From: Eutreptiella sp. 'Long Island Sound 2002'
Taxonomy: Eukaryota; Protista; Euglenida
Assembly (NCBI GenBank): GCA_964036045.1
Contig: OZ038378.1
Location: forward strand, 171,616,001 to 171,680,000
Direction: 5' to 3'
Length of the DNA: 64,000 nucleotides
The notes below the pieces were generated by a model. The model was given only the letters and a program-made list of their open reading frames with translations, searched no databases and had not been told where the DNA came from. Both the position numbers and the translations under genes were made by a program. The first letter of the stretch is position 1, and every line of letters starts with the position of its first letter. Positions 1 through 10,965 of the stretch are shown in pieces.

Positions 1-2
1 CC

Positions 3-68
3 GCTGCTGCTGCTGATGATGAACAGAAAGATGACCGTGATGAGGTTGAGGATGACACAGATGCACCC
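3..68 (+). CDS. Possible partial exon (acidic linker) at the window edge, probably of the downstream histidine kinase
   Basis: Frame 3 reads AAAADDEQKDDRDEVEDDTDAP, followed by donor-like GTAAGA at 69 (alternative GTGAGT at 76). The phase-0 end is compatible with the phase-0 acceptor at 762. Linkage to the kinase is inference. Confidence 0.35.
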
Positions 69-761
69 GTAAGACGTGAGTGCTGCATGGACTCACGGAC
101 GAGAATTTGAAGTCGGAGCATTTTCCTCGCAGTTCAGGGATAGGCGCATGAGCGTCGTGCACTGTGGTTGTGGGAGGGTGTCGTTGCCTGGCATGACCAC
201 GACTGCAATTAGTTGGACAGTGCGCGGACATGGGCGCAGAAGGCGCAGGAATCTTTTTCAGTTCTTACCGTCTCAAATGTCGGCTGCTTTGGAAGGAGGA
301 GAATGATAGACTCATGCCAACATTTCTCCTCTCAAGCGTGTCTGCCGCACCCTCAAGCAATCAGGTGCCCCAATTAGCAGCGGCGGCTAAGGCAAGCCAT
401 CTGGCATGCAGTTGTCAATGGAGCTGAGCTCCGTGAAACCGCACTTTAGCTGATACTGGATGCTTAGGTCTGTGCCCTGGTCGTTTTGCGCCTTCCTCAA
501 ACCAATCTGCAAAGTCAGTGCTATGGGCGGGCGAATTCTTGGTCCTGTCCACACTTGCACGATGACTCACGCGGAGCGAGACATGGGGCAGGACTGCAGC
601 ACGGCAACTGCAGCAAGGAGCAGGACTGCGGCGAGGCGCATCCGGCAGGACTGGTGCACCCCACGCATGTTACGAGTCGCACCCTGTGAGCCATGCTGCA
701 ACCGTGCTGATTGTGTCCCGCAGTATCTTCGCTCCATTTGCATGCCCTGGACCATCCCCAG

Positions 762-1008
762 GCCTATCTGCAACTCGCCGCCCGCAAGTATGTCCGATCG
801 GTGCGGCCGGTGGGCTTGGTGCATTTTGCCGATGAGCTGACGGCTGGCCGGCCGGATGTGCGGCTGCAGGTGAAGGACATCAGCGCGATTTTCGATCCCA
901 TCCTCTGCAGCCTCATCCTGGACAATGCCATCAGCAATGCGTTCAAGCACGGCCACCCCGAGACTCCCAACGTCGAGATGGCCATTGAAAACATTTACCA
1001 AGAAGCAG
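762..1008 (+). CDS. Hybrid histidine kinase exon: start of HATPase_c domain with N-box
   Basis: CAG acceptor at 759-761. Reads AYLQLAARKY...LILDNAISNAFKHGHPETPNVEMAIENIYQEA-G (N-box-like DNAISNAFKH). GT donor at 1009, phase 1. Confidence 0.8.
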
Positions 1009-1009
1009 G

Positions 1010-1047
<38 letters not shown>

Positions 1048-1217
1048 TGTTTCTCGCTGTCAAGGGATTCCGGGTGCACGATTTGTGTGGGAGGGAGGGT
1101 GGTCCTCCGAAAACAGCAAAATGTGGGGTCTCAGGGGGGATTTTCTCTTTCACAGTGGAAAAGGAGAAAAGAGCCGTAGGAATCTGATACCACGCACCCG
1201 CCTTGCGTGGAACAATG

Positions 1218-1275
<58 letters not shown>
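1010..1275. repeat. (CT)n(GT)n and (GA)n microsatellites
   Basis: Dinucleotide runs visible at about 1010-1050 and 1224-1275. Confidence 0.95.
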
Positions 1276-1599
1276 CGAACCTGTCTTTGTTGGGGGAGGC
1301 CGGTGGGTGGTTGTCTTTGAATTGAAAATTTCCAAGGAGGAGCCCCCGCCCCCTCTCTCCCTCCCCCTATCCAAGTCATCTGAAAGTCAGAGTGTGTGGG
1401 CCCCAAAAGAGTACCTTTTACTCCCCTCTCCTGTTCTCGACTACTTCGCACAATTCTATTAGACGGACAATTGGTGTTAAACTCAGGGGGGCGTAGATAA
1501 ATCTTCACTTCAATTTATTTTTCATTCCTTGTTTGTTAAGCGACGCTATCCACAAGGTCTAGTGCCAGGGTACCTAAGGGGTTCAGATTTGTGGGCAAG

Positions 1600-1769
1600 C
1601 GGGGGGGAGAGACAGAGAGGGAGGGAGACAGAGGGAGAGGGGCAGAGGGAGAGGGGCATAGAGAGGGAGGGAGGGAGGGAGGGAGGGAGGGAGGGAGGGA
1701 GGGAGGGAGGGAGGGACGGAGGGAGGGGGAGCCAGAGCCAGAGCCAGAGACAGACAGAGAGAGACAGAC

Positions 1770-1803
<34 letters not shown>
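1600..1803. repeat. (GGGA)n/(GA)n purine-rich microsatellite cluster
   Basis: Direct reading. It explains the low-complexity ORFs at 1529-1845. Confidence 0.95.
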
Positions 1804-3299
1804 CATGAGAGAGGTTCATTGGCTATAAGCCTGAAACTTCTGTAATTCTGTGCCCTTCCCTGCGTTGGCTTTTCGCTCATTGGTGAGGGACAATGGAATA
1901 CGCAGTAACAGAACCATTGGGAACAAGAACTCCACCCCCCCAACACCTGGAGGCTGAAAGAGTATGCTGGTTGGTATTTCTGGGTGAACGTACGTGTTTG
2001 CCTTGTGAGGAGAGAATCATCCTTTTGTTGATAGGTGGGTGGGTCGCCCACCCATTGGGTGAAGAGGGAGGGTGGGGGGGAGTGGAATGTGTGTTCATTG
2101 CTCCGGGTGAGAGTGTGGGGTGGGCGGGTCAAGGCTCTTGGTACTTGCCACTTGGTACTTCTGGGTGTACGTACTGTTTGGATTTTCAGGCGGATATTGC
2201 CCACATTGCTTCTCCACAGGCGGTGGGAAAACCTCATTTTTGGTAGGTGAGAGTGGCACCGCTGTCCCTCTGCTCACACGGCCCATGCCAGCGCCGGTGC
2301 TTCGCCCAACGTCTTTCCCAAGGCAGTGAAATTTGCAGGTTGCTGCCCACTATTGACGTAACATAGGGCCAGGGGGCTCCGAATCACCCAGTGTTACACA
2401 TCAGTGGTAAGCAGCATTTTCAGGCGTTTTGCTCCGGTGGTGAGAACCGTTACCCCTTCCCGATCTTTCCTTCATTGACCACGGCACTTGCAGTGGAGGC
2501 AGGGTAAGTGCAAGAGAAACAGCTGCAAGGCCTGCTATTTCAATTGTGCTGGACCAGGGATGGGACTGCAGCCATACCCTGCATGAACCCCACAACAGGC
2601 GGAATGCCAACCCAACCCACAGGTCACACCTCGTCTTTGAGCGGGGGGGGGGAGGGGGGGGGAGGGGGGTCTGGAGGGAAGGGCGGCCGGGGGGGGGGTC
2701 CTCCTTGCAGGCCCAACAACGAAATCAGTGCGGAGCTTTGCTGTGCTGCGCTGCGCTGTGCAATGGACGTGACACACTTGTGGTGAATATTTGGGCACAC
2801 CCTTTTCACTCAAACACTGGCACTAGACATGCATGCAACACAGTAGCCACCCAGCCTTTGTGGAATATCCCCCAACAAAGGGTTTCCACCTGTCACCACC
2901 GTCTGTGCGGTTCCATGTGTCATGAAGGCATGATGGGTCACCAAGGTGCACTGCTGCTGGCTGGGGCGACCTCCAGTGCACGGAAGTGTGGTTTGGGCAC
3001 GGGTCGCATTGGGGCTGGTTCCTTCCTGCGTAGTACCATTTGTTTTACGCAACATGCTTGTGGTTGGTGAAGAGTTGCCAGGGGTACCAAGGCTGAGTGA
3101 GTGTGCTGGTTGGTCTTTTTGGGTGTACCAAATTGTTCACCAGTAAAGTACCTTGTGGAGGGAATCCTCTGCGTGGCTTTTTTTTGGCCATGGTTCATGC
3201 ATTCATAGACTCCCTGCACCCGCCAAAACCCTCTCCATTCCTCCCCTTTGCTGTGAGTGACTGCCTTGGATCAAGTTTGCACACACATCTGTGCCTCAG

Positions 3300-3526
3300 G
3301 GTCAGGGTTGTATCAAGAACAGGGACCCATGCGCCTGCGGTTCCTGATCACAAACCGAGTCAATCCTGCAAGGCCAAAAATTACGCCTGACTACATCAAC
3401 AATGTGCTAACAGGGAAGGCCTCGCCTTCAGGGTCAATCACCTCGGACCACATTGGCCTCCAACACTCCTTCTTGGCAGCTGAAACACAAGGCATGAAGA
3501 TTTCCCTCACACAGCATGGCGATCAG
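3300..3526 (+). CDS. Hybrid histidine kinase exon: C-terminal half of HATPase_c-like domain
   Basis: CAG acceptor at 3297-3299 gives phase 1, matching the previous donor (alternative acceptor 3304-3305, same phase). Reads ...MRLRFLITNRVNP...SDHIGLQHSFLAAETQGMKISLTQHGDQ. GT donor at 3527, phase 0. Confidence 0.75.
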
Positions 3527-3777
3527 GTCCCTCCATGGTCCCATTTCTGCATCTACTTCAATGCCCTCTTATGTCCCCTTCAGTCATTGTTTTTGCCTAT
3601 GCCATATCACCTACAGCCTGTGACCCCCACCCCCACCCCCAACCCCACCCCATTTACCCTTTCTATTTCGCACCGTCCCCTCCTGCCTCTTCAATCCCAT
3701 CCACTACTGCTTCTCGCCCTCTGCCCCTCCTAAACCACACCCACCCCACCATACCAACCTCGACTTCTCATCTTCTG

Positions 3778-4075
3778 AAAGGGGGCGCACCGTGCGCTTT
3801 GCGCGCGCTGTGCGAAAAGTCGGCTGTTTTTCACCACCGGTCCCGGGGTCCTCAATTCTGCACCCTACAGCCCCTGCTGGTACACCAGGGATTTTTTGTT
3901 TTACTTTGGTGCTTGCCACGGGTCCCAGGGTCCTGAATTGTGCACCCCCGATGCTGTTTTGAATGGATCATGCACGCTCCTGTAGGTGGCTGGTATTCAG
4001 GGGTGCTCCCGGGATAAACAACGTAATAATTGGCGCTGTGCCCGCGCTGTGCCCGCGCTGTGCGAAAACGCCCCC
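3778..4075. mobile_element. Non-autonomous DNA-transposon/MITE end sequences (hAT-like AGGGGGCGCAC terminus)
   Basis: 3960-4075 is a reverse-complement homolog of about 61140-61250. 3780-3825 matches the reverse complement of 62480-62520. Related ends at 36530-36610 and 59510-59600. Superfamily assignment is inference. Confidence 0.55.
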
Positions 4076-6314
4076 AAACCAACCCAGCACAGCACTTGGG
4101 GTGTTGCCTACCAACCACTCTTGGGTTTCCCAGGGCCACCTATGAGCTACGTGCAAGGCGCCGCCTCATCATGAGGGTTGGTACATCAGGATTGGCTGGT
4201 TGCAACAGCTGTATCAGCACCCGGGCTGATTTCAAGATGACAACTATTAGAGCCAGTGCCCAGGTTTTCATGGGCAAGGGGGGGGGGCTCCTGAGAAAGC
4301 GCACACCATCCCCCACCCCCTCCGGCCTTTTTAAAAGAAGTCGCTTCATACCGGCGGGAGGTGTTCGCTCTCCAGGGTGTCAACCGGCAGTACACAGACA
4401 CCGGGTCATGCGTCAACTGCAGGACACGGCACACAAGCTCAGGGGCGGGCCGCCAAGTCATAGCACCTCTCAGCCTCCACCTGGGGACGCATGGGACGCG
4501 ACCCAAACGTTTCGATAAATAGCTTCGAGCCAGGGTCATGCCTGTGCCGTGGTGCGTCCAAAACCAGGGTGTGTTGGGGTTGATGTACATGTGCTAAGGG
4601 CCGTGGCGTGTTGATGCAAAATCGCCCCTGGACGAATCCCTGACCCCTGGGCTGTGGTTGGTGGCGCAGAGCCTCAAGTGGCTTCACAGCTCCCTGTCGC
4701 CATCTTCGGCATCAGTGGGCCATGGACAGCACGGAGGCCAGGTGTCGCTCATGTGGGAGGGGGCAGGTGGGTCGCAGTGAGCTTGCCGGAAGGGGCTGGC
4801 TGCTTATGCCCGATGTCACTCCCACACCAAGACTTGCACCCACACCCCAGCCCGCAAACCTGAATGGAGGCTGGTTGGTTACCACATTTGTGGTGCCCAG
4901 ACCCACATCCACCCTCCTCCCCAGGGCTCCTTTTAGAAACTCAGCACCACTGGGAGGGTTACCCTGGACCCACGCACCTCCCTAAAAGGAGCCCTGCCCC
5001 CCCCCCCCCCCACATCCCCTTCCACGTTCAGGGTAGGAATGATGGGCAGGATAGGTACCATGGGAGGAAAATTTAGGTTGGGACAAAATTGATGTGGACA
5101 AATAATTATGGAAGTCCTCCTTCCTATTTCCTTCAATTTTAAGGATGTCATGCTATGTGCCAAAATGTGTGCACCGGACACGGGCTCCAGGGGGGACTTT
5201 CTGTTGGTGGACGTCCTGGGTGGAAGCAGTTGGTCATAGCGCCTTCAACGTGCTGTCTGCTGTGAAGCTTTCAATGCCTTTTAGGGTTGTGTCTTGGTTT
5301 GGGGTCTTGTTCCCTCATTCTGTGTTGTACATCGTTGATTTCTTCCTTCTCGGTTTCCTGGCATACTACACCATTGCACAAACTGCGCGACTAGATCATG
5401 TAGTTGCTTTGTGCTTGCGCATACACACACACTGAGAGCATATGTAAGAGAATCCACAGCTGACACTGCACTGAGAGGCTCCATTTGCTCTTTCCCCCCT
5501 TTGCGCAACAACGTCCTTGTCTAAGTGCAGTGGCCCTGTCATACATCGTTTTTCTGACCACAGTTTTTGCGGTCAAGAATGTTACGCGCCGTGGTTGTCT
5601 GCGGATTGTAGAGGGGAAGAGCGGCTGGGTCATGCCTTTGACACTTATTCTGCTGAGGGCAGCATTCTGCCTGACACTGCTACCCAGTGCGATTCGCTTT
5701 GTTGTTTTAGCCATGGCTACTATCGCTGTTACTGGCATGACTGTGACGGACATCTGGTCTACCAGTGAATATGTACCTGCCACTATTATTGGTCCTATTT
5801 CTCATTCATTCTCATTCCAAGTACATGCGGACAAGTTTTCACAACAGATGTTGTTGATGACAGTTTTGTATGAAGGAATAGGAGGACCAAACCTGTTCCA
5901 AAACCTGTAGCCAAGGCCACTTCAAAGCCTGCCCCAAAGGCCAAGTTTGTACAATGGTTTCAGATAAGGTGCAACGTGGGAAAGGGTTTCTATTCCACAG
6001 CTTCTGATGCCCCTGATGGGCAGTAAGGACATCAACATACCGTACGAATCCTAAAGATTTGCGAAAATATTTAATTCCCAGCACAAGGTGTTGTTGTCCG
6101 CAAAAAAAAAACGCAAAATGTTTTTTTTTTGGCGTCATGCCCTACGCAAAAATGGGTTGCGCAAAAAAATTGCAAAAATAAATTATTTCTTGCCCCTACC
6201 CCCCCTTTTTGCAAGAATGCCAGAATCGCGGGAGGGATGCTGTGTTTGCTCCACTGCGTGTTGCCTTTCTGGCCCTTTGTCTTCGAATCCCTCAGCCTCC
6301 TCTTGGTTGAACAG

Positions 6315-6827
6315 GTTGTTTTCGAGGCCCAAATGGATGTGGAAGTGGTCAGCTTCTCCTTGGACAATGACCAGCAGCCGGACGAAGCTTTTGGGTTCCC
6401 AGACAACCTGAACATCTACTGCATCGATGACTCTGCCTCTGCCCGGCGGCTCCTGCAGTATAATTTGACCATCTGGGCCAATACGACCAATGTGTACACG
6501 TTTGGAGACAATGAGACGGAGGTGGCCAAGTTCACTGCTGCTGCTCTGGAACATGCAGACATCGTGATTCTGGACCAGCATCTTGAATACAGGGATGCCC
6601 CCTCAATCTTGGGCACAGACATCGCGGCGAAGCTGGTGGGAGCCAATTTCCAAGGCATGATTTGTATCCGGTCAGCGAACATGGCGGAGCACGACGAGAA
6701 CAAATACTTGACCGCGGGGGCCCATTGCATGTTTGGGAAGGATGTGCCGATGAAGCAGATGATAAAGGAATTGAGGCAGGCGTATATGACACGTTTCCAA
6801 CAAGGTTCGTCCCTGAATGCATGCTGA
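6315..6827 (+). CDS. Hybrid histidine kinase last exon: response-regulator receiver (REC) domain
   Basis: CAG acceptor at 6312-6314, phase 0, joining GDQ|VVFEA. REC motifs present: YCIDDS (acidic pair), VILDQH (phospho-Asp), CIRSAN (Ser), FGKD (Lys). Stop TGA at 6825-6827. Confidence 0.88.
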   Translation, partial: VVFEAQMDVEVVSFSLDNDQQPDEAFGFPDNLNIYCIDDSASARRLLQYNLTIWANTTNVYTFGDNETEVAKFTAAALEHADIVILDQHLEYRDAPSILGTDIAAKLVGANFQGMICIRSANMAEHDENKYLTAGAHCMFGKDVPMKQMIKELRQAYMTRFQQGSSLNAC

Positions 6828-9800
6828 ACCGCCCCCCCCCCTCCCCAGGAGGTTCGCCACGCCAGCCACCACTGAGCAGTCCCTAAGCCTCGGAAGGCCC
6901 AGTGAGCTGCACGAGGTGGGGATCTGGGAGAAACGGATGCAGTGCACCGCTGTGGCTTGACACCTGGTGAACCAGAGTCCTCTGGCCCTGTGTTACCACA
7001 TCATTGAAGGACAAGCGCTGCGAATTTCGTGGTCCGTGGATGACTGAATGTGCAGCCTGTCAGCGCTGGCAGGGGAGTGGACGCCGCGGGGGCGTGGGCT
7101 GCAATTGTGAGCAGTTGGGAAGACATTCCGCTCGAACTCACAAAACGGCCCAAACCCCCAACCCCTCCCTGGCTCCTTCCCCCCGCTCCTCTGCCCTTCA
7201 AAACTGGCATGTGACCACCCACAGGCATGTCACACAGAAAACAGGTCACTGGACACCGATGGTACCACACAGTGACCAAGCAGCCCCCCCATCCCTCCCA
7301 CAAACTGACCTGAACAGGCAAGCAGGTCAAACAAGAGACATGCAAACTATTCCACAGCAAATAGTCTTGGCCCACCATGAGGACTTGGACACTATGCGCA
7401 GTCCTTAATGGACCCGGTATGAACACCCACAAGCGCTAATGTACCCAGGCAGTAGCTGGGCCTTCGTACCTGGGCTGAAGTCACGCTTGTTGTGCAGGGG
7501 GTTTGTAAAGGCAGGGGGCTTGCCACAGAAACGCTGAGGAACTTTGCCGGTTGGTACTGCCAGGTGCACGCACTGGTTTGAGTTTTCAGGACAAAGTCAT
7601 TCACATACTTTGTCCCGGGCCACCGGGCCACCGGGGAAACGTATTTTTGGTTCCCGAGAGTGAATTCTACCCGGAAGTGCTGTTTGGAGGAGGCTCACCA
7701 CCACCGATGTGGGAAATGTAGCAGAGGGTCAGGGGTTTCCAGATCACCGAGTGTTACCCATCAGTGGAGCATTTTCGGGCTTTTGGCCATTGGTTTTTTT
7801 CCTTTCCTGTTTGTGCAATATGCCAGCTTCAATGGCATTTAGATAGGGTCACAGGTCTATGGCATTTGTCAAGAGCAGATCGGATCTGCCGAAGCGAGCT
7901 ACCAGGGTCCCAGACCGGATCAGCTATATGTCAGCACACAGGTTGCAGTGTGTTTGTGTGAGGGGGTGTGGGTTACAGATACCGGGCTTTTGTTTTCCAA
8001 GGATTTTTTCCTGATTTTGCCTATGGTGTTGCTAGTGGGGTGCTCTCTGTGCATTTTGGCCAGCACCTCCTATTTCCTGGTAGATCCGGCACGCCCGCTC
8101 ACAAAAATTGATGTGTCCAACAAGGCTACCCACAATCCTCAATGCATCTGGCACCATTACTCACCTTTCTGCCCGGTCTATCCGGGACTGTGGGGAGTTG
8201 TGCTGCGTGTAAGAAGCATTGTCGTGCCAGGTCAATGACGGGTTGTGGATTTCCAGCATTTCCAGTGTATTGATTGTAGGCAAGTTTTACTGAACGCCCA
8301 CAATCCTCAATGAACTCGCCAAAACTACCCTGGTCCTTTGATAAGATGACCCACTGTCCTTATTGTAGCCGGCACGCTCATGGACTCGCCCCAATCCATG
8401 ATAGATGAAGTTCAGCGACCCACAACCCTTCTCTGACCTGGTAGGATTACCCAGTGGAGACAGAACTATCAACACTCATTAATGGACCCGGCAAAGGTAC
8501 ACAATTCTTCATTCACCCCCCAAAATGCCCAATCCCTATCAGAATCACAAAGGCTGGGCACAATCGTTTAAGACCGAGCACAACTACCCACTATCCTCAG
8601 TGGACACAGGATAGCTACCCGCAATCCAGTCGTGGCTGATTTTTTGGTTAGTTATGCCTGGTCCAGTAGATATTGTGGGTATTTGCATCTTGTGCGACAA
8701 ATGTGTTGGGTTCATACAAATGTGTTGGTGGCTCAAACATGAGCGGGCACAAGTTCCCATGGCCCATATTCAGGGAGCGATAGACCTGTATCTTTGTGTA
8801 AAGTTATGTGAAGTGCAACAAGACATGCAACTGAGGTTCAACCTGTCTGCCATAGTTTTCCGACACAACACATCCAACAACATCGTAACAGGCAGTGTGG
8901 ATGGCAGATTGAACATGTAGATACCTGTTATCTTTGTCCATGGAAACCCTGAATATGGGTGCAAGGTGAGCATATGGCGGCTAAAATGGTAAGATTGGGG
9001 GACTCCATACACACCCTATAGACTAACACTCCCTTGTTATTGGGGTTTGGCACTTCAGTCTCATATACACACCACCATTCCTGAAAGTCATTCTGCTAAG
9101 TGCAGTTTTAATGGCTGCCCGCGGACCTAGCAAAATTACCCACAACCCTGATTGGACCATGGAGCATGACTGCCACAACAATGGTTAAGGGACCGGACAA
9201 GAGTATCCACACATGCACAACAAACCTTAGGGCTGGTGTTTGCCCAGGGTGCACCGTGAGCACTCATTTTTGATACATGCCCCCATCCAGAGGTGCGCAA
9301 GAGAGGTGCAGGACATTGGACATTGAGTTGCGACGACCGGACAGCCAGTGCGAGGCGTTTCGGTAGCTAGGTATCTGTTGGTGGTGAGTACCCTCCAAAC
9401 TCCACGGTCTTGGAAAGACTTTGTGTGGAGCATGCCGGCACCGTCATGGGAGGGACGCCCAGGGCAGAAGCGGCGCAGCGGGACAAGTGTGCAACTCTCA
9501 CCTAGTAAAGACCGTTTTCCTTGGCTGTTCGGGGTAGCCGAGCAGGCTGGCCACCTCTCACGATTTTTTTTGAACCCACCGTCTTTACCCCCGACCCAAT
9601 GGGTGGGTACCCAACGTGACCTCCTGTGTTCCTCAGCCCCTTCCTGCTTTGCATCTCCAGCCCCGTGCTCCCCATCTGCCTCCTCAGCGCGGATGAGCCG
9701 GAGACCCACCGACAGTGTTCAGATTGCACCGTCTCAAGAACCCCAGGACTGGCCTGTGTCGGCGACTACCCCTGACAACCTGGTGACGTGCGTGACAATC

Positions 9801-10879
9801 CCCATGTCTAGCTCCGGGCTTGTTGGGGGAGGAGAGGGCCCTGCAGCCACTCCGCAGCCCTGCAACCCTCTGACACATGCCTGGTGTGGGTGCACAGAAC
9901 AGGTCAATTCTCCGACAGAGATGCACCTCCAAGATCTCTGAGCGCTACGGGCCCCTGCCCAATCCCACCCAACAGCCATTGCGCTGGACCTCTAAGGAGA
10001 TTATGGCTTAAGCAGGGGAGCATTCTCAGCTGAGTTGTTTTGGCAAGCGCACACTGCAGCAGCTGCTGCTGCGAGGGCATCCACCCTCCCATCGCAGCTG
10101 CTACAGCGGCGGGGATTTCCACCCTGCTGTTGCCACAGCAGCAGTAGCAGCAGCAGCAGCAGCAATGGCACACACTCTCCTGCTGTCCACTGCTGCCCTC
10201 GTCATTCATGCCCAACTCTCGTTTGCGCTTTCCCGCTTGCCGCATAGGCCTAAAGGCGATTGATGGGCTGTGGCTCAGATGCCCGCTCTCAAACACACGT
10301 GTGCCATTGCCCGAGCTCAGAAACAACTGTTGAATAGAATGCAAAGCCCAAGTACGACCCCATAGAGCCTGCAGATGCAGTGCCTGCAACGGGTTTTCCC
10401 TACCCCGGGGGGGGGGGACGGTGAGGTTGCGCTTTTTGTGCATCGGCCACTCCACCACGGAATTGCATGCATGACACCCCGTAATGGCCCTCTGATGCAT
10501 TTTCCCCTTTAACCCCATCTTCACCTTCAAGGGTGCAAGCGCCTGGTTCGGCGCAGGGAATTTCCAGGAGCCACACTCTGGCCCTGCTTCACACTTGGAG
10601 AAAGGCTGCGATTAGTCCTTTCCCTTGAGTTCCCTCCGTTTCTTGCCCTGGAGCCGTAATCATCGGCGCGCGAAGGTAACCATTCCTACTATTCCACAAA
10701 TGTCCCCTTCTGATTGCTGTGCCAAGGATCTTCATTGTTCTGGTGGGCCTTGGACACGGTGTTCCCCTTGTGCACAGGGTGCTGCAAACGCAGCTCCTGC
10801 CCTGTAAACCATACCGCTACCAGATTGGATACAGCTAATTCAATCAGGTACAAGTGGTTGCTCGTATGCCCAATATTGC

Positions 10880-10965
10880 TGTGTGTGTGTGTGTGTGTGT
10901 GTGGCTCTCCCTCCCTCTCTCCCTCCCTCCCTCCCTCTCTCTCTCTCTCTCTGTGTGTGTGTCTG
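10880..10965. repeat. (GT)n/(CCCT)n/(CT)n compound microsatellite
   Basis: Direct reading. Confidence 0.95.

Noticed and set aside
460-840. GC-rich ORFs as the missing HisKA exon of the kinase
   Set aside because: No H-box-like motif in any frame and no convincing acceptor/donor pair.
5145-5910. Hydrophobic plus-strand ORFs that look like a membrane transporter inside the kinase intron
   Set aside because: The ORF runs through a recognisable MITE end (about 5495-5580), and T-rich antisense of A-rich repeat DNA gives hydrophobic translations. No transporter motif or consistent splice sites.
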